The position numbers and the translations under genes are program-made. From Deltaproteobacteria bacterium (lineage in GTDB: Bacteria; Myxococcota; Kuafuiibacteriia; Kuafuiibacteriales; Kuafuiibacteriaceae): a DNA stretch of 64,000 bases. Shown here piece by piece: positions 61,482 to 64,000 of this stretch. The stretch lies in NCBI GenBank assembly GCA_040218735.1, contig JAVJQW010000011.1:352001-416000 (forward strand), read 5' to 3'. Under the pieces are notes generated by a model. The model saw nothing but the letters and a program-made list of their open reading frames with translations, was not told the DNA's origin and searched no databases. The first letter of the stretch is position 1. Every line of letters begins with the position of its first letter.

Positions 61482-62853
61482 GCTTGCGCTCGATCTTCTG
61501 CCCCGACAGGAACACCGCGCGGATGTCCTCGAGCGCGCCGAGGTCCTTCGTGGGGTCGCCGTTCACGAGGAGCAGGTCCGCCGCCTTGCCCTCCGCGACC
61601 ACACCGAACGGCGGGTCGTCCTGCTTCGTGAGGAACCGGGCGGTGTAGAGCGTCGCCGCGCGCAGGACCTCCGCGCGCGGGAGGCCGGCCTTTTCGAGGA
61701 GGCGGAGTTCGCGGTGCAGCCCCGCGCCGTGGAAGACGCCGGCCTGCGCGTCGCTCCCCGCGAGGATCGTGACCCCCGCCGCGTGCAGGCGGCGCACGTT
61801 GTCGAGGCCCGCCTTTCGTTGTTCGGCCATCACCTCGATCATCTGGAGGAGCTCCGGGTTCACGTCGAAGTCCTCGGGGCGTTGGTCGTAGGACGCGAGC
61901 TTCTCGGCCGGGACCATCGCGCGTTCGAGCTTAGTGGGGACACGCGGCTCACGACCGAGCGTCGCGTAGCTGTCGAACACGACGAGTGTGGGAGCCATCG
62001 GGATCCCGTAACCGGCGAGCTTCTCGATTTTGTCGTCCGGGATCCGCTCCTTGTAGACGCCGTGGATCCACGCGGCGATGCCGGCGTCCGCGGCGTCGAT
62101 CGCGTCCTGCGTCGTGCCGATGTGCGCGACGGTTCGCACGCCGCCTTCCTTCGCGGCCTCGACGATCGCCTTCGCGACCTGCGGATCGAGGCGCGGCGCC
62201 GACTCGGGGATCCTGTCGATCGCCATCTTCACGAGATCCGGTTGGGACGGGAGCAGCTCGCGCACCGCGGTCTTCGCGGCGTCGGCGGTGCCGACCTGCC
62301 GCGTCGAGTGGTCGATGATGTACCAGCCGATGAGGCTCGGGAGGTTCTGCTCGAACATCGGCACGGGGTGCCCAGCCGGCGCCGTGAACACCGGGCCGGC
62401 GACGAACAGGTGCGGCCCGAGCACTTCACCCGCCGCGAGATCGGCGCGGCGCTCGAAGACCTCCTCGTCGAAGCCCCCCGGATCGAAGACGTGGGTGATG
62501 CCGCAGAACAGGTAGCGCTGGAGGTTGAGCGCACCGTTCGGCAGCCCCGCGTCCCACGGCGGCTCCGGGTTGCTGCCGGTGTGGCCGTGGAAGTCGATCA
62601 GCCCGGGGAGCAGCGTCGCGCCCTTCCCGTCGACGACCTCCGCGGCCTCGACGTCCTTCGCGGCGGGGCCGATCGAGACGATGCGCCCGCCTTCGATGCG
62701 GACGTCGCGTCCCGGTGTGACGGTGCCGGTGACGACGTCGAGCACCGCGACGTCGTGGATGACGGTGGACGCGACCGCGGATTCGCGGGCGACGAGGTTC
62801 GGCTTCTCGGTGCAAGCCGCGGCGAGGAGGCAGAGCAGCGCGACGCGTCTCAT
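61468..62853 (-). CDS. Amidohydrolase-family lipoprotein
   Basis: Lipobox LAAAC; PGLIDFHGH, VAH, IHG, AGSDA, GKAADLLL. Confidence 0.92.
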   Translation of the reverse strand: MRRVALLCLLAAACTEKPNLVARESAVASTVIHDVAVLDVVTGTVTPGRDVRIEGGRIVSIGPAAKDVEAAEVVDGKGATLLPGLIDFHGHTGSNPEPPWDAGLPNGALNLQRYLFCGITHVFDPGGFDEEVFERRADLAAGEVLGPHLFVAGPVFTAPAGHPVPMFEQNLPSLIGWYIIDHSTRQVGTADAAKTAVRELLPSQPDLVKMAIDRIPESAPRLDPQVAKAIVEAAKEGGVRTVAHIGTTQDAIDAADAGIAAWIHGVYKERIPDDKIEKLAGYGIPMAPTLVVFDSYATLGREPRVPTKLERAMVPAEKLASYDQRPEDFDVNPELLQMIEVMAEQRKAGLDNVRRLHAAGVTILAGSDAQAGVFHGAGLHRELRLLEKAGLPRAEVLRAATLYTARFLTKQDDPPFGVVAEGKAADLLLVNGDPTKDLGALEDIRAVFLSGQKIERKLSSR

Positions 62854-63629
62854 GCCAGCCACTTCGGCGGGCGCTTCTCGGCGAACGCCATCGCCCCCTC
62901 CATGACCTCACCGCTCGTGAGCGCGCGGACGCCGGCTTCGGTCTCCTGCTCGAACGTCGGTGCGTTGGCGCGCAAGACCTCGAGGATGCTGCGCGCGCAC
63001 GCCGGTCCGGCGCCGCACAGCTCCTTCACGAGCGCCTGGGCTTGGGCGAGCGCGCCCCCCGCATCGACCACGCGGTTCACGAGGCCCCAGCGCTCGGCTT
63101 CGTCGACGTCGAGGCGTCGGCCGGAGAGGATCAGCTCGGTCGCGCGCCCGGCGCCCACCAGCCGCGTCGCGCGCACGGTGCCGCCCACGTCGGGGACCAT
63201 GCCGAGGTGAGTCTCGGGCAGCGAAAAGAACGCGCCGCGCGCGGCGACGCGCAGATCGCAGGCGAGCGCGAGCTCCAGGCCGCCGCCGGCGCACGCGCCT
63301 TCGATCGCCGCGACGACCGGCGCCGGGATGTTCGCGATCGCGTCGACGACCCCCTTGAGCTCGACGATCAGCGCGCGTAACGCCGCCTCGTCCTTCTCGG
63401 CCACGGCGGGCGCGAGGCGGGCGATCAGCGGGTTGTCCATCTTGAGATCCATGCCGGCGCAGAAGTGCTCGCCGACGCCGGTGAGGATCACGGCGCGGGG
63501 GGGCTCGGCGTAGAGGGCGTCGGCCGCCTCTTTCAGGGCGCTCCACAGGGGCCCGTGCAGCGCGTTGCGGCGCTCGGGGCGATCGATGGTGAGGGTGACG
63601 ACGTCGCCGTCGCGCTCGACGTTGAGCAT
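62850..63629 (-). CDS. Enoyl-CoA hydratase/isomerase
   Basis: RPERRNAL, FCAGMDL, GGGLELALACD, LPETHLG, AFAEKRPP. Confidence 0.95.
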   Translation of the reverse strand: MLNVERDGDVVTLTIDRPERRNALHGPLWSALKEAADALYAEPPRAVILTGVGEHFCAGMDLKMDNPLIARLAPAVAEKDEAALRALIVELKGVVDAIANIPAPVVAAIEGACAGGGLELALACDLRVAARGAFFSLPETHLGMVPDVGGTVRATRLVGAGRATELILSGRRLDVDEAERWGLVNRVVDAGGALAQAQALVKELCGAGPACARSILEVLRANAPTFEQETEAGVRALTSGEVMEGAMAFAEKRPPKWLA

Positions 63630-63676
63630 GCGGTCAATCGACCACGTGCGAGGACGAGTGGCCAGGTGCTTTTTGT

Positions 63677-64000
63677 CTACTGTCCGAAGGGGCCCGCTTC
63701 CCAGGTCACCCGCGACAGGTCTTTTTGGCCCTGCGCCGACGGGTGGAAGCAGTCGAAGCCCGAGACCTGGCTCGGCGTGAAGTCGTAGAGGAAGGTCTCG
63801 TCGGTGAAGCTGTAGTGGTGGTGCGGGTCGTTCGCTTCGTATTCGGCGACGACGTCCTCCAGGATCTGGTTGAACGCCAGGTTCCGGCTACGCGTGTACT
63901 GACGATCCGCCTCGCTGTTGGTCGGGCTCAGCATCGTGCCGCACGGGTAGATGTCGAACAGCGTCGCCGCCCAGATCACTTGGCAGTTGATGAGGCCGAG
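63677..64000 (-). CDS. 3' part of an SGNH/GDSL hydrolase, truncated by the window edge
   Basis: DCFHPSAQGQ (DxxH block V); frame open to the edge. Confidence 0.75.
   Translation of the reverse strand, partial: LGLINCQVIWAATLFDIYPCGTMLSPTNSEADRQYTRSRNLAFNQILEDVVAEYEANDPHHHYSFTDETFLYDFTPSQVSGFDCFHPSAQGQKDLSRVTWEAGPFGQ

Overview
Gene-dense, GC-rich (about 70% by eye) bacterial chromosomal segment. MYXO-CTERM tails, myxobacterial Cys-rich repeats, an AgmX/PglI-type domain, PEGA and eukaryotic-type Ser/Thr kinases point to Myxococcota (inference). I support about 50 CDS and see no rRNA, tRNA, CRISPR array or mobile element. The clearest hidden feature is that the ORF track splits one selenocysteine formate dehydrogenase alpha gene (44984-47797, minus) at an in-frame UGA followed by a SECIS hairpin; a fused NuoE/NuoF-type diaphorase gene lies upstream. 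Divergent from it is an unusual cluster: membrane-anchored beta-propeller di-haem c protein, MsrQ-like haem-b protein without MsrP, and a cysteine-free glutaredoxin-fold protein. Other leads are a catalytically dead rhomboid upstream of a 1760-aa thrombospondin-like MYXO-CTERM protein, an HTH-citrate-synthase/citrate-synthase pair flanking a 38-bp palindrome, a solute-binding protein coupled to a histidine kinase without an ABC permease, and a structured 140-nt intergenic element. All family calls come from motif recognition by eye, with no database search; several start codons were moved from the ORF track and are best estimates.
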